Part shown: in pieces, positions 1 through 12,974 of the stretch
Layout of the letters: the number at the start of each line of letters is the position of its first letter
Numbering within the stretch: position 1 is the stretch's first letter
Source: Octopus bimaculoides
Lineage: Eukaryota
Direction of reading: 5' to 3'
Assembly (NCBI RefSeq): GCF_001194135.2
Contig: NC_068982.1
Location: 18,197,138 to 18,229,757 of the forward strand
Length of the DNA: 32,620 bases
The notes under the pieces: model-generated
Seen by the model: only the letters and a program-made list of their open reading frames with translations
Told to the model about the DNA's origin: nothing
Databases searched by the model: none
Position numbers and translations under genes: made by a program

Positions 1-88
1 TTTGTCCTTCCTTCCCCCTCCCAAAAAGAAAAGCTCTACATTGTATTTGTCCCATCTTCGTTGAGCCCTGTGTGGCTAATAAAAGAAA

Positions 89-307
89 TGTATCTGTCTG
101 CCTATTTATCTATCTATCTGTCTGTCTGTTTATCTGTCTGTTTATCTGTCTGTTTGTCAGTATATATGTGTGTATATGTATGTATGTATGTTTGTATGTA
201 CGTATGTCTGTATCTATCAGTCTATTTATCCATCTACCTATCTATTTATCCATCTATCCATCCATCCATCCATCCATCCATCCATCCATCTATCTAACCA
301 TCCATCC

Positions 308-350
<43 letters not shown>

Positions 351-352
351 AT

Positions 353-403
<51 letters not shown>

Positions 404-485
404 GTTTGTATGTGTTCGTGTGTGCACATGTGTATATACATATATGTGTGTATTTATTTTTTGTGTGGTTATATATATATTTATG
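89..485. repeat. Compound tetranucleotide/dinucleotide microsatellite (GTCT, ATGT, ATCT, ATCC, then TG/TA)
   Basis: Direct reading of the tandem units; explains the SIYL/IHPS ORFs at 61-524. Confidence 0.95.
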
Positions 486-1046
486 CATATACCTAACCAT
501 GAGCAATACATTCGTGTATCATAAGCAACAGGTTTGAACAGTGAGTATTGCATCATTGCTTATAAACGTGGTTTGTACTATTCTGAGAAACTGATGTAAG
601 AAAATGAGATATCAGTGGAACATATGAGGGTATAACAACCAGTGGCTTATTAAATAATGTTGTCTCAAAGATGACGTAGCTTAGGATAGTGGTTTGCAAG
701 AGCAGTTCGTCTGAATGACTGGAAACATTTTCCAAGCGGTTTATTCCTGTTTAATAAGAGGGCCGAGCTTCAGACTATACAAATTGATTACAGAAGTAAC
801 AACGGCTGATGTTGACAGTTGCACATACAATAGTTCGGAAATCCGGTCAAGAAATGTTGCAGGCTGATTCGGTATATGGGGATTGTTCTCTTTGATTAAA
901 TGTTCAGCTTTGTGAGTTTCCCTGTAATCAACGGGACACTATCATACATGTTTAAACATGAACAGAATATCTTTCACCGACTTTCATCTTTACATTCTTC
1001 CTTCGGAAATTCGTAACCAAATACCACGCATGTGTAAACTATTGCA

Positions 1047-1190
1047 TATATATGTGTGTGTGTGTGTGTGTGTAAATGTGTATGTAAGTCTCTGCGAGTG
1101 TTTGAGAGTGCGTGTGGTGGCGTGTGTGTGCATATGTGTGTGTGAGAGAGACTGGGAGAGAGTGGGAGTGAGGCATATGGAGAGAGAATG
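1047..1190. repeat. (TG)n/(AG)n degenerate microsatellite
   Basis: tatgtgtgtgtgtgtgtgtgtg...gagagag seen directly. Confidence 0.9.
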
Positions 1191-1784
1191 ATAGATAAAT
1201 ACAACAATTGGAATAAGATTTGTAGTCTTCCTAGAGTAGGATTAATAGTACAATATACTTGTTACGTAGGACGTTGACCTAACAAAAATACATCACGTAA
1301 TATCTAACCCACGCACACTAATAATATTCTTTATAAACAATTTATAAATCATGAATCTTCAATAGTATTACACATATAAATAAAGATATGAAGTTGGACG
1401 AACACATAAAATATTGGCTGCTAAAAAATAATTCCTTTTTCAGATACATGAAATTGACAATTAATTATAAGTTATTAATAGAGCATTATACAGGATGACA
1501 TATGAATCTCTGCTTTTGAATTACTAACTGTAGATTGAAATTTCATTTTCATATGGGCTATTGTATTGACTAAGCTGATTAGATTATTAAAACCTGTCCA
1601 GTTATCTGTAAAAACAAGGGTAATATATTTAACTTACTGAAGACAATGTCCTGTACATCATAACCAGTTTCAGAACTCCTTTAATCTGAACTATTCCACC
1701 TAGTAATTTGTTGTGTCGACGCCCCCAGGCGAAGAAGTAGGAATTCCCAAGACATACAAATAGAGGTCTGGCCGTGGTAGGAAT

Positions 1785-1837
1785 GTTGAGTAGCAGTTGA
1801 ATAGCAGTCGAGTAGCAGTTGTGTAGCGGTTGAGTAG
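1785..1837 (+). repeat. 11-bp minisatellite, about 4.8 copies (consensus GTTGAGTAGCA)
   Basis: Units gttgagtagca / gttgaatagca / gtcgagtagca / gttgtgtagcg / gttgagtag. Confidence 0.85.
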
Positions 1838-3149
1838 AGATCATCCGAAGGTGCTAGATAGCAGTAGCTTGAGACATAACATAATTTAAGCAAGTTAACG
1901 ATTTTCGGATAAGTTTTTGTATCTACACTATGCAAAAGACTGGGTAAATTACTGAAATGTTTTTATTGAAGATATCACTCATATAATAGAGATGAGTGTT
2001 AGAAAAACATGACGAACAAAATTCATACGCTATTAAACGAAGTAGGTATAGATGACAATTGCTGTCTTAAAAAGTAATAGAAATGCATACCGTTTGATAC
2101 GTAGAAACCACGTCTAAACATAGTTTTAAAACAAACATCCAATTTAATTATCATATATTTTTAAAAGTGGATAATTTACCAGAAACATATTTTCCCTTTA
2201 AATTGCGTTTGAAATAAAACGCTAACTCTTCCAGGTTATATGCATGAAATAATGATAAAATGAACTTCACGGGGCTTTTGTTACAACTCTTTCATTTCTA
2301 AATTCATATTGAGCAGGTTAGATCGACTTTACCTGTATTTGGTAATGCTATACAATAGTACGAATAGAAAGTAATGTGAAGTAAAGGTAAAGACGGACTA
2401 TACGATAGAATTCAGTGTCACAATGTAGTCACAATTCAGAGTTTTAAATATTTAAGTGAACATAAGGATAAAAAATTTCTGTAAACACGCAACTTTCATT
2501 TTGTATAAATATATTGAACTCCTGAATCTGGCAACATAACAATTATTAGCAAAAAGAATAATTAAATATCGTTAAATGAATTCATATAGATATTGGATTT
2601 TATGCTAATGTCTCACTGAAGCTAGATCAATTGATAGAGTAGTATAGATGTCTCCAAGTTATATCTGAATATCATATTAAATGTAATATCTCTATATCTT
2701 TCGAAAAATGTTCAAATTCCCAATTTTTTACACGTTTGTTCTTGTGATTTCTTATCAGCAATATTGATTTTTATAGAACAAGACGGACATTCTTTTCAAC
2801 AAGATACAGACTGTCTTTATAAGAGAGTTATACAAAACGCAAATGCAACTTTAGAAATGAAAGGAATATCATTAAGTGCGCATGCGCTTTATATTTCACG
2901 ATAGAAAACATTTGTCTTGATTTATTTTTTTACGGCTTCAGTTCATGGAGTTTAGTATCATTAGTGATGCCTTCATATAACTCACAACCGAACAATTTCT
3001 TTTCATATTTTTCAACGATTTTATCTTTAAGTGCGTTGGAAGCATTGTCTAACTTTCTGCGATTTCACGGTGATTTTACACTTAATTTCAATAAACAATT
3101 TCCCTTACTACAAAGAATCAACGAGCAGAAAATATTATGCGATTTATAC

Positions 3150-3400
3150 CTAAGTACACACATATATACATTTAGACATATCTATGTGTGTTTGTACTAT
3201 ATCATATGCATTTTGTATCAAATACTTCATGTTTGTGTATAGTAATATATGTATACGTGTGTGTGTGCTTATCTGTGCATCTGATTGCATGTGTTTCTAT
3301 GCGCATGTATGTGTGTATACGTGTGTATATAGTTGCATGTTTCTATGCATCATTGAGCATCTGTACGAAATTATGTATAGTTACGTATATATGACCGTAT
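3150..3400. repeat. Degenerate (TG/TA)n low-complexity tract
   Basis: Alternating purine-pyrimidine sequence; explains the CVCV/YVY ORFs at 3184-3402. Confidence 0.75.
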
Positions 3401-4699
3401 AACATTTGAAATGAAATATAGATGAAGTAGGAACTGTATTTACCTAGGAAATGGTAATTACTTTGATGTCCTTTTCTATACAACAATTCTACTTCAAAAT
3501 TGAAATAGTTTAATCTCTATCCAAAACTTTTCTGTCTTGGTAGAGAGATAACAAGTTCACTGAATTTTTCTTTTGTAAAATCGAACACGATTATATTTCA
3601 TATTCTAAATGTATTCCTTTTCTGCATTACACAAATCAGAATGCATGAATAAATATATCTCGTGAGAGGCTGATTACAAAATAATGAATTCAAACAATTT
3701 CCTGAAATAAATGTAAATTAATAGAGTGTTTCTCTCTCACTCTTTCTCTCTCTTCCTCAGTCCACTGATTTTGTGCGTGTGTCTCTGCGTAATCTTCGCA
3801 AGTTTTATGAATATAGATTTAAGAGGGAATGCATGTGTATAGTTGGCGTTCGCTTAGCAGAATTGTAAAGATATTATGTACTGTGTACCGATTATTTACG
3901 TTAAATTTCAATGATGTTGACTTAGTCATTTTTTTATGAAGTCGCAAAATATCTAAACCGCCAAGAATAATGTTGTATATAAGAGACGACTGGTTGACAA
4001 ACACCATTGTTGTATGATGATGCGGTCATTTTCTCAGTAATTTAGTGTCGAACATGAAGATATGGATGCTAACGCCACACTGTTGCTCAAAATAAGCAAC
4101 ACGATATCCAGATGTGAAGCAGTACGACCGTTTCAAGCGGCTCCATTTAATTGAACAATGCAATCATTACATTACCTTAAATGCAGCTACATAATTAAAT
4201 AAGTATACTTTTTTAATCAGTCGGACACAATAATATAATTTTACTTAAATACTCTTATAGAGTAAGAAGAGAAAGTCCATGCTGCTAGCACTTCTACTTA
4301 GAAGTTTCTAAGACATCAGGAAAAAAATTAGTTGGGGTCATATCGTGTAACAGATTTTGGTTCAGTTTTAATTTATTGGTTTTGTTTATCAATTACCAAA
4401 TCTTAGGCTAGAGAGTTGTGTCTGTTAGGAAAGGGCAGGAGAGAGTTGACAGAACATAGTGGGTGTGGTCATAAAACTTGTCAAGATTATTTGGAAGAAG
4501 TATAAAGTAACCGATTATAAGGCGGTTGGATAGTGGAAGACCTCAGTTAAAGGGACAAGACGCTAATAAAACCAAAGATGATAATACAGAGGAAATTTTA
4601 TCATGGGATACTATAGGTGATTGATTTAAACAATATTGTTATGTTGTATGATGATAAAATGTAGGATTATCAAGAAAAAAAAAATTAAATAAAAGATAA

Positions 4700-5265
4700 A
4701 TTTTGAATATATACCAAAATTTTCAACAATAGAGAGAGGAAAAACAATTACATAGTTTAATATTCATTCATATACTTAAATATTTACTTATTAGGTGGTA
4801 TCTATAAAGACTGATCCCGGTATCTACTAAAAGAATACTGGAGCGATAAAACATGCTAACTGTATATCAATTATAAGCTAAGAGGTATGTTTTAAGTGGT
4901 GAAGTTACCGGTCCTATTATATACAAGCTAATATAAATTCCCTGGGGTACATAATTAGAAGGTCTACTTATATAAAGGCCATTATAAAAATAGTATGATC
5001 AGTAGGGCAAAACACCATAGAAAGGAATAAATAATTCAATCACTAAAACCATGATGAAGTATATATACCATATTGTCAACAATAGAAAGAGAAGATTATA
5101 TTGAATTTATTTAATATTCTATCATATACTTAATTATTTACTTATTGGCTGGTATCTATAAAGACTCTTCTAATTATTTACTAATGAAATACTGAGGCGG
5201 TAAAACATGCAACTATATATTAATTATAAGCTAAGACGTATATTATAAGTTGTAAATTTACCAGT
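4700..5265 (+). repeat. Diverged direct repeat, two copies of about 210 bp (about 4700-4912 and 5053-5265), period about 353 bp
   Basis: Exact anchors: tggtatctataaagact at 4796-4812 and 5150-5166; aattataagctaaga at 4869-4883 and 5222-5236. Also shared tcaacaataga and tcatatactt. Confidence 0.85.
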
Positions 5266-5802
5266 GTCGTCATTCTAGCGACATACTCCTTTTAAAACAT
5301 GTTTTTCTTTATTATGATAAGAACTGCTTTTTTTCCTATCACTATTATGTTGTGATAAATTCATTTTATATACTTTTACTTTCTGTAAATAAATGTTAAA
5401 TCCAATCCTTCTCTTCATATTATCTATACGAATTCTCATGGAATGAGTATAAAGAAAATGGATTCGTTAACGATTTATTTGCTTGCACCATTATGAAGTT
5501 ATACTCAAGCCATTGTCAACGAGAAAATAAAGTCAGCCCAGTATGAAATAACGAAATAACATTCTTAAGACAAACATAACTTCCTAATTTCACTTCTACA
5601 GATATCTTCACCTTGCTATCAAAAACACATCTTATCCTGTTTGAACTGTCTCATAACCTGCTAGTGAAATGTCGGTATCTTCAACGTACACGATGAGCGT
5701 AGCTCACGAGTGTATAATTACTTCTAGCGTTCCGTCTACACTAACTTCTCGCGGCTAGACCATTACGACACCGAATTTTACTGATATATGTATATATATA
5801 TA

Positions 5803-6071
5803 NNNNNNNNNNNNNNNNNNNNNNNNNNNNNNNNNNNNNNNNNNNNNNNNNNNNNNNNNNNNNNNNNNNNNNNNNNNNNNNNNNNNNNNNNNNNNNNNNN
5901 NNNNNNNNNNNNNNNNNNNNNNNNNNNNNNNNNNNNNNNNNNNNNNNNNNNNNNNNNNNNNNNNNNNNNNNNNNNNNNNNNNNNNNNNNNNNNNNNNNNN
6001 NNNNNNNNNNNNNNNNNNNNNNNNNNNNNNNNNNNNNNNNNNNNNNNNNNNNNNNNNNNNNNNNNNNNNNN
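5803..6071. other. Assembly gap (N run) flanked by (AT)n
   Basis: N characters. Other gaps: 14342-14485, 16887-17214, 20417-21271, 21765-22328, 26353-26430, 27161-27263, all abutting AT/AC dinucleotide tracts. Confidence 0.98.
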
Positions 6072-6522
6072 ATATATATATATATATATATATATACATA
6101 TTTAGACGTTACCTAACCTGAGGTTTATAATTAGTGATATTTATATTTACTACAGTAAAAAGATTTGTTGGGTACCACGACAAGTCCAGTCAGCTTTAAC
6201 TGATAATTTGACATCTCACCGGCATCTCACCGTTATAGTTTAATATTAAAAATTGAAGACAGTTTCATTAAGCAAGAAAATAATTTTATTAACAGTAAAA
6301 TTTCATAATATAAATGTTGACGCAAGAAAAGAACGTTGAAGAGAAAAACAGTAATAACAGTAAAATGATTTAGCTGTACTATCTAGCAAGCTAAATTGTA
6401 GTACGTAGCTGTGGAATGGAATATTTCGGTGAATGAAATGTTTTTCTCCTTCAACATTCTATTAAAGTTGAATGGAAGGAAACAGCAAAGAGTTTGAAAT
6501 GTTCTATTTTGATAGAGGAAAT

Positions 6523-7200
6523 ATGCAAGCTTCTGCAACCATTCTACCCCCGCCCCCCTTGGACAGGAAATATTATAATCTGGTTTGCTCAATTGGAAGC
6601 AAAACAAGTTTCGCAGCGAACATATTAACAACAGAAATACAGGAATAAAACATTATGTTAAGCAATTTACAACCACATCTGAGCAACGTAATTAAAGACT
6701 TATTAACAGACCCTGTTTAGCCAGGTTCATATTTTTCAGTGAAGGAAAAAATACGAAAGAGAACTTCTAGCTCTAAACAGAAACGATTCGCGAAATTATT
6801 TAATAATGAACAGTTGGATGATAGGAAACCTTCTCAACTTGTTTGGAAGAATGAGAGAACGTCTCTGTTAAACAGTTAGCACATTTGGCAGATGGTATAT
6901 TGGATATATCTTCAAGTGAAAATTTAAGAAATAGTCAAATTGATTGAGAAACTATTAATGATTTAACCTCCATTTTTCTGAATTAAAAGAGATGAAACTC
7001 GATTACGAAAAACAGTTTAAAATGCCAACAGATAAAATTGAAAATCTACACAATTTGGAAGAGACAGCAAGCGTTCTTCTTTTCGTTACAGTGGAAGTTG
7101 GCGTGAACTCTCAAGAGAAAACCCAGGTGAAATTTGATATGTTGGTATCATTTAAAATTCGATGCCAAGGAGCATCGTTGTATTAGACCATGTTCCTTCG
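6523..7200 (+). pseudogene. gag: Gypsy gag remnant (frameshifted, internal deletion after DRKPSQL..MR)
   Basis: MQASATILPPPP / WTGNIIIWFAQLEAK; IKDLLTDP; KRTSSSKQKRFAKLFNNEQLDDRKPSQL; LAHLADGIL; ICWYHLKFDAKEHRCIRPCSF. Confidence 0.8.
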
Positions 7201-7259
7201 ATTTTTTAAATAAGAAAAAGCTGGGGAAAAAACACTTAAACAACAGATTAAACACGACG

Positions 7260-9760
7260 AAATCTGTGGATTATCTTTTGAAGCGTCGCGTATTCTTCAT
7301 GTTTGATTCCAACTCGAAACAAAATTTCTTGTCTGATACAGGGGCAGTTTATTCTATTTGGGCTAGTAAATTGTTGTCAGAAAAACCGAAACCTGCTCAT
7401 TTAACATTACAGCCAGTTATTCAGTTTGACATCAAAACATTTGGAGAGATTGGCTTGACTCTCAACTTACATTTAAGAAGAGAATTTATATGGATTTTTA
7501 TAGTAGCAGATTTACCTCGTCCTATATTAGGGGCAGATTTTCTATTATATTACAATTTATTGGTGGACGTTAGAAAACAAAGATTGTTAGACTCAGTTAC
7601 CTCGTTGGACGTTAAATGCATGAAATGCAAGAAAGTGACAGTTAGTCTGTTGTATTGTATGGCGTGTTCTGAATTTTGAAAACTATCCAGATTTTGAAAA
7701 ACTATCCAGAAATTACGAAACCATGAGCTCCACCCAGTTGCTCTAGACCACATAGACTATCCACCGAAAAGTTATAGATTGCTAAGGCCGAATTTCGTCA
7801 CATGTTGGATCTGGAAATAATTCGTCCTTCTAGTAGTAATTGGTCTACACTTTTAGTTTTGGTTTTAAAAAATAAGACTGATTGGTGCCCTTCTGGTGAT
7901 TTGATTTGCGCCAGCTTAATGCCAAAACACAGCCTGATAAATATCCAATTCCTCATATTCATGATTTTTCAGTGTCATTAAATGGTAGTAATATTTTTTC
8001 AAAGATTGGTTTAGTTAGAGTTTATAATCAAATTCCTGTTGACGAGGATATACAAAAAAAGCTGCCCTTAGAACTCCATTTGGATAATATGAGTTCCTTC
8101 GCATGCCTTTCGGATTAAGGGACGCGACCAATACCTTTCAAATGTTTATAAACGAAGTAACTAGAGATTTACCTTTTGTATTCGCATATATAGACGATCT
8201 CTTCATTCACAGTCCTTCAGAAGAAGTTCATGAAAATCATTTAAAGCATATATTTGAAAGACTATAAATCAATTGAAATGCGTTTTCGGTGAACATACCA
8301 ACTCTTTGTTAGGTCATCTTATTGAAAAGGATGGGATTCGTCCACTTCCAGATAAAAGTTGGAGCTATTAACATATTTCCAGTACCCAACTCTTTACGAA
8401 AGCTCCGTGAGTTCTTAGGACTCATTCATGATTATAGACGATTTATGCCTAATTGCACAGAAAGTTTATTCTATTTAACGGAATTGTTGAAAAATAGGAA
8501 AAGGAAAAACGAAGTAATTACTTTAGAAGAGAAAGAATTACAAGCTTATCATTGCATTAAAACGAACTTAGTGAAGCAACAATCTTAACCCACCAGTTTC
8601 CTGAAGCGAAATTATCATTGATAGTTGATGCTTCCGATGCAGGAATTGGTGGAGTTGTACAAACATTTAATTGTGGTTCTTGGCAAACTTTATAATATTT
8701 TTTCTAAATATTCCAAGGCAGCAGAGACGAAGTACAGTATTTTCGGCAGAGAATTGCTAGCCGCTTATCTGCCAATTAAATACTTCAAGCATCTTCTGGA
8801 GGACAGGTCATTCACCTTATTTACTGATCCTAAACCATTGACACATGCACTTACAAATTCGTCTCAAAAATATTCTCCAATTTGAAATTCAAGCTGTTGC
8901 CAATTCATTCTAGTAAATGACTTATCTGGTGTGATATTTCCACAGGATTTTCTAGACTAATTGTGCCTGAACAGCGAAGAAAAATTGTTTTTTTCTACCT
9001 TAAATAGCTTATCGCATCCTGGTATTGCAGCATGAGTGAAATTGATTTCAAATCGATTTGTCTGGCCTGGAACGAATAGGGATATTTGTTCTTTGGTTCA
9101 GTCTTTTATACAGCGTCAAAAATCAAAAGTGAATCTGAATGTTAAAGTGCCACTAGGGACTTTTGCGATCCCTGATGGTAGATTTCAACACACATATGGA
9201 CATAGTTGGACCATTACCTCCTGTAGAAGGTAATGATTATTTGTGAACAAGTATTGCTCGTTTTTCACGTTGGCCTGAAGTTTTTCCAATCAGACACATG
9301 TGCAGTGACTATAACCAAAACTATATTCAGTATTTGTATTTCGCAACAGACCGTGGAAATCAATTTGAATCTACACTTTTTGCATAATTTGATAAATTGT
9401 TGGGAATTCATAGAATTCGAACAACTGCTTATCACCCACAATCCAACGGAAACAGTGAGATTTGATCATTAGTTAAAAACAGCATTATGAATTTATTCTG
9501 ATTCTAAAAAGTTGTTTAGAAGCGTTGCCTCTCATTATAATTGGGAAAAGAATTTCTATCTGATATTCTTTCTTTTCCAAATGTTTTGTACCTGCTGATA
9601 TTAAATCTTGGACTCGTGTATTTCTACATAACGATACCACTCATCATTCACTGCATTATAGATACAGTGGACTGTGCAAAGTTTTGTCAGTCAAAGATAA
9701 AACTATGACTTTAGATATTTATGCAAAAAATGAAACTGTCAGTTAACAAGGCTTATTTTC
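7260..9760 (+). pseudogene. pol: Gypsy pol remnant (aspartic protease, RT, RNase H, integrase)
   Basis: FLSDTGA...ADLPRPILGADFL in ORF 7134-7679; RT and RNase H fragments in ORFs 7906, 8322 and 8625; integrase in ORF 9036 onward. Interrupted by stops and indels. Confidence 0.93.
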
Positions 9761-12700
9761 ACCATTCTTCATTTCATGAAATAAAGATTCAAAGTAAACA
9801 TTTGGAAATAACTTTGAAAAGGATATCTCACAAGACAGCGAACATAACACAGAAAATAAGCGAACATAACACAGAAAAAAATCAATTATGAAAAACACAT
9901 ATCAATGAAAAAAAAAGACAAAAATTAGCAGGATTGTACATTGAATTTGTTTAATTTTGTACTTCATCGTGGATTTTAAAATTTTCTGGAATATTTTTTT
10001 TTAAACGATGCTTTATAATTGGTTTTTTTCTTTTCCAAGAGACTATATTGAACATTTTTGAGAAGTTGTATCGAACATTCCATGAACGTTGTAAATTTTT
10101 TGTGAAGCCGTTACTTCGCGGATGTTTGTTGTTGTATTAAGTATTTATACATCTGTCCTTTTTTTCAAAGTTTCTTACTTTCATGATTGTTCCCAGTTTT
10201 TGTTGAGATTGATTTGAAATATATATATTATTATTGTAATTTTTTTGAAAACATTAACAATTTTTCTGATGCAGAACTTGTTGTAGCGGTTATAAGAGTT
10301 TAGTAGCAGCATGACGTCATAGTCGTGTCTGCGCTCTTTTGTTTATGAGTGTCTTACGTTTTTTCATTGGTCGATTTTACTGTCCAAACATCGAAAAGTT
10401 TCTTTTTCATATAGATAAGTTCTTAGAATCGGGTTTAGAATTTTGATGCAGCTTTTGGAATAGCGTCGCAATTTCCGATAGAATATAACTTTAAACTCTA
10501 TATTACTGTCGTAATATTCATATTTTACCGAGACGTGTCAAACTGAGGCACCGGAAGTGATATCTTTTAATCATACATATCTTAGAAATATACGTAGAAC
10601 CAGAAATATTTTATGTGAAAAAACCGTTAGCCATACATTTCTCTAGAATGTATGAAAGGCTGAAAAGAAAAAAAAATACCTATGTAAGGAACGAACCTGC
10701 ATAGTTCTTGACACGTTTCCATGGCCTGAATGTAAAAGAAACTCATTCAAATGTGATATTCATCCGTTCCTTTCATTGAAGAAAATCTCGGCTACGCTTT
10801 CAAGCGTTGCCTGATTTAATCATGAAACAGAAACTGGTCTGATCCTGAATTTCCAAGTCTAGAAGTTCCCTTAAAATTGTTTGTTTTGTTCCAACTTTAT
10901 ATTGTTGAATGTCATTTATTACTTCCCTCTTTTTATACTACCAGCATTAAATTTTGATTTATTGATATCAGTGTTTGTGTTGCTCCGAATATTGAACATA
11001 AATATTAATATATGAGATAATCGATGAATCAGATAAACGATATGGACCAAAAATGTAAAGTATTTCAAATGTAAAGCATTTCAAATGCACAGATATTAAC
11101 ACAACGGCATTCTCTCTTTGGAATAGAATTATCTGAACGTAAAATTCGATGGCTTGTGTAATATTTCCTTCTGTCATTCATCGGATAAATAGAAATACAT
11201 TATTCATACCTTTTTTTCATAACGCAGCAAAACTTATTTTACTCTGCAGACTTTAATTTCTCTGCTCAAGTTATATATCAATATTTATTTTTCAATTTAT
11301 TATTCAATTTTCTTCATGGTAATTCGCATCAATTTTCAATATATAATTTCATTCAAATTCGTATATAATTCCATTCAAATTAGTTGATATCTCATTAGCA
11401 AGATAAGGAAATATTATACCATCATTCATGTTATTCGATACTTCCACTAATATTCGACAAAGGAGGGAACGTATTATTTCAGCATTATGCTTTCACTGTT
11501 GAATTTATAATATAAGAAAATATCATTATTTTTAGAACTACACCGCTGGTCCTGATTTAGCTACATGTACATATTCATTTCATTGAAACAAAACAAACAC
11601 ATAAAAGAACCGTTTAATAGGAAACGTTCTTATAAATTGATGTTACCCATTATCAATGGTGTAAAATGCAGCATTCATTATATTAAATTTTAGTATATTT
11701 CTCTGTTGTAGGTCAACCATGTTTTGATTTAAAAATCCAATAGTTTATGTAACAAACATTTGGATATATATTATTTGTTTATGAAGCAAAACAACAGTCT
11801 AAAATATGAAGCAATATATATGTTAGGAAAAAACAGAGTGAAATAAAGTGTACAGTAACATACATCTGAAAACCGATATTTTCTAACTGATATATAATGA
11901 TACAAAAACTTTTCATAAGATGAATCTGTCTTTATTTCGATTCCAGGTAGGAAATGTTTCTTCTCAAATAATTTAATAATATCGAAAACGTTTCAATTCC
12001 AACTCCAGAACTCATTTCTTGTATGCTTCGAAAATTCCAATCTCGAAATATTCCAGCAGTAGTATCCACCAACTTTCTAAAAAGAGTTAATAACTCCGGA
12101 AGGTGTGTTTCCCAAAGTTTTCATATGTGAATTGAAACTGGCTCACACAATGTATGTGTTAATGTTCCAAAGAAAGCTAAGTGCTTTTTTACAGCAACCT
12201 ACAATTTTTTTTTTATCATTATATATATAAACGAGTGTGGTTTCGTAATGGAAATGAATATAATATCCCAACAGGTTACATTTCGAAATATCTCATATTC
12301 CTCTATAACACTCATCACTCGTCATGGCAATCATTTAATGCTTATGGATGCGTGATTAAAAGTTCCGATAATGTCTTTAGTAAAATTCCTATCATTCGGC
12401 CTGATTCAATATTTTTGCATGTTTACATGATATAATATGCAAATATTTTGCTTCATTTGCAATTTGGTGGATTTCAGATATGTAGCAGTTATTTAGCATT
12501 TAAATAATCGAAAAAACGTTACAGGTAAATGCAAATGTGATATGAAACTTTTTTTTTTAAGAATACAGAAATTTTCACTGGAATTTTAGCTACCGAGTTC
12601 ATTATCAAATTATTCATCTTGGTGGAAATATTCTTATTATATAGGGTTCATTAATGTAGTGAAATACATTTTTATTTTCTTTTATAATGCAGCTTGTTTT

Positions 12701-12974
12701 CTGAGTGAGATGCGGTTTTGAATCTAATCCTAATGACAACGTTATTAGAACAGGGCATATGTTATAAAGGTGTTATGTATTCATTTTATTACTTCTAAGT
12801 TCCCTCCTTTACTCTACGCACCCATTACTCCATTTTTGTGTCCTTCAAAATTTTCGTTGTATAGAAATGTCAGGATGACATGATCACTATAATCTCCAAA
12901 CCAAAGATGCTCTGAATACATACATACATTCATATATGAATATGTTTTTTCCGTATCACTGTGAAACAAATGGA

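Larger units (their letters stand above)
6523..9760 (+). mobile_element. Degenerate Ty3/Gypsy LTR retrotransposon internal region (gag-protease-RT-RNase H-integrase); LTRs not identified
   Basis: Collinear motifs in Gypsy order: gag WFAQLEA and DRKPSQL (6820-6840); CWYH...C...C finger (7134-7200); protease DTGA (7335-7346); [17 protein letters not shown] and YIDD (8187-8198); RNase H DAS (8627-8635) and YSIFGRELLA; integrase SHPG (9012-9023), TTAYHPQSNG (9421-9450) and a GPY/F-like tail to about 9760. Many stops and frameshifts. Confidence 0.95.

Noticed and set aside
61-524. SIYL/IHPS repetitive ORFs (also 23172-23525 and 3184-3402)
   Set aside because: Translations of microsatellites.
5130-5215. 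GIYK...Y*G in direct-repeat copy 2 as a GIY-YIG nuclease motif
   Set aside because: The other copy reads YWS and has stops; there is no further domain context.
6169-6181. tgggtaccacgac as a degenerate primer-binding site of the Gypsy element
   Set aside because: It has three mismatches to the TGGTGACCCCGAC-type PBS I recall, is not adjacent to a recognisable LTR end, and no LTR pair was found.
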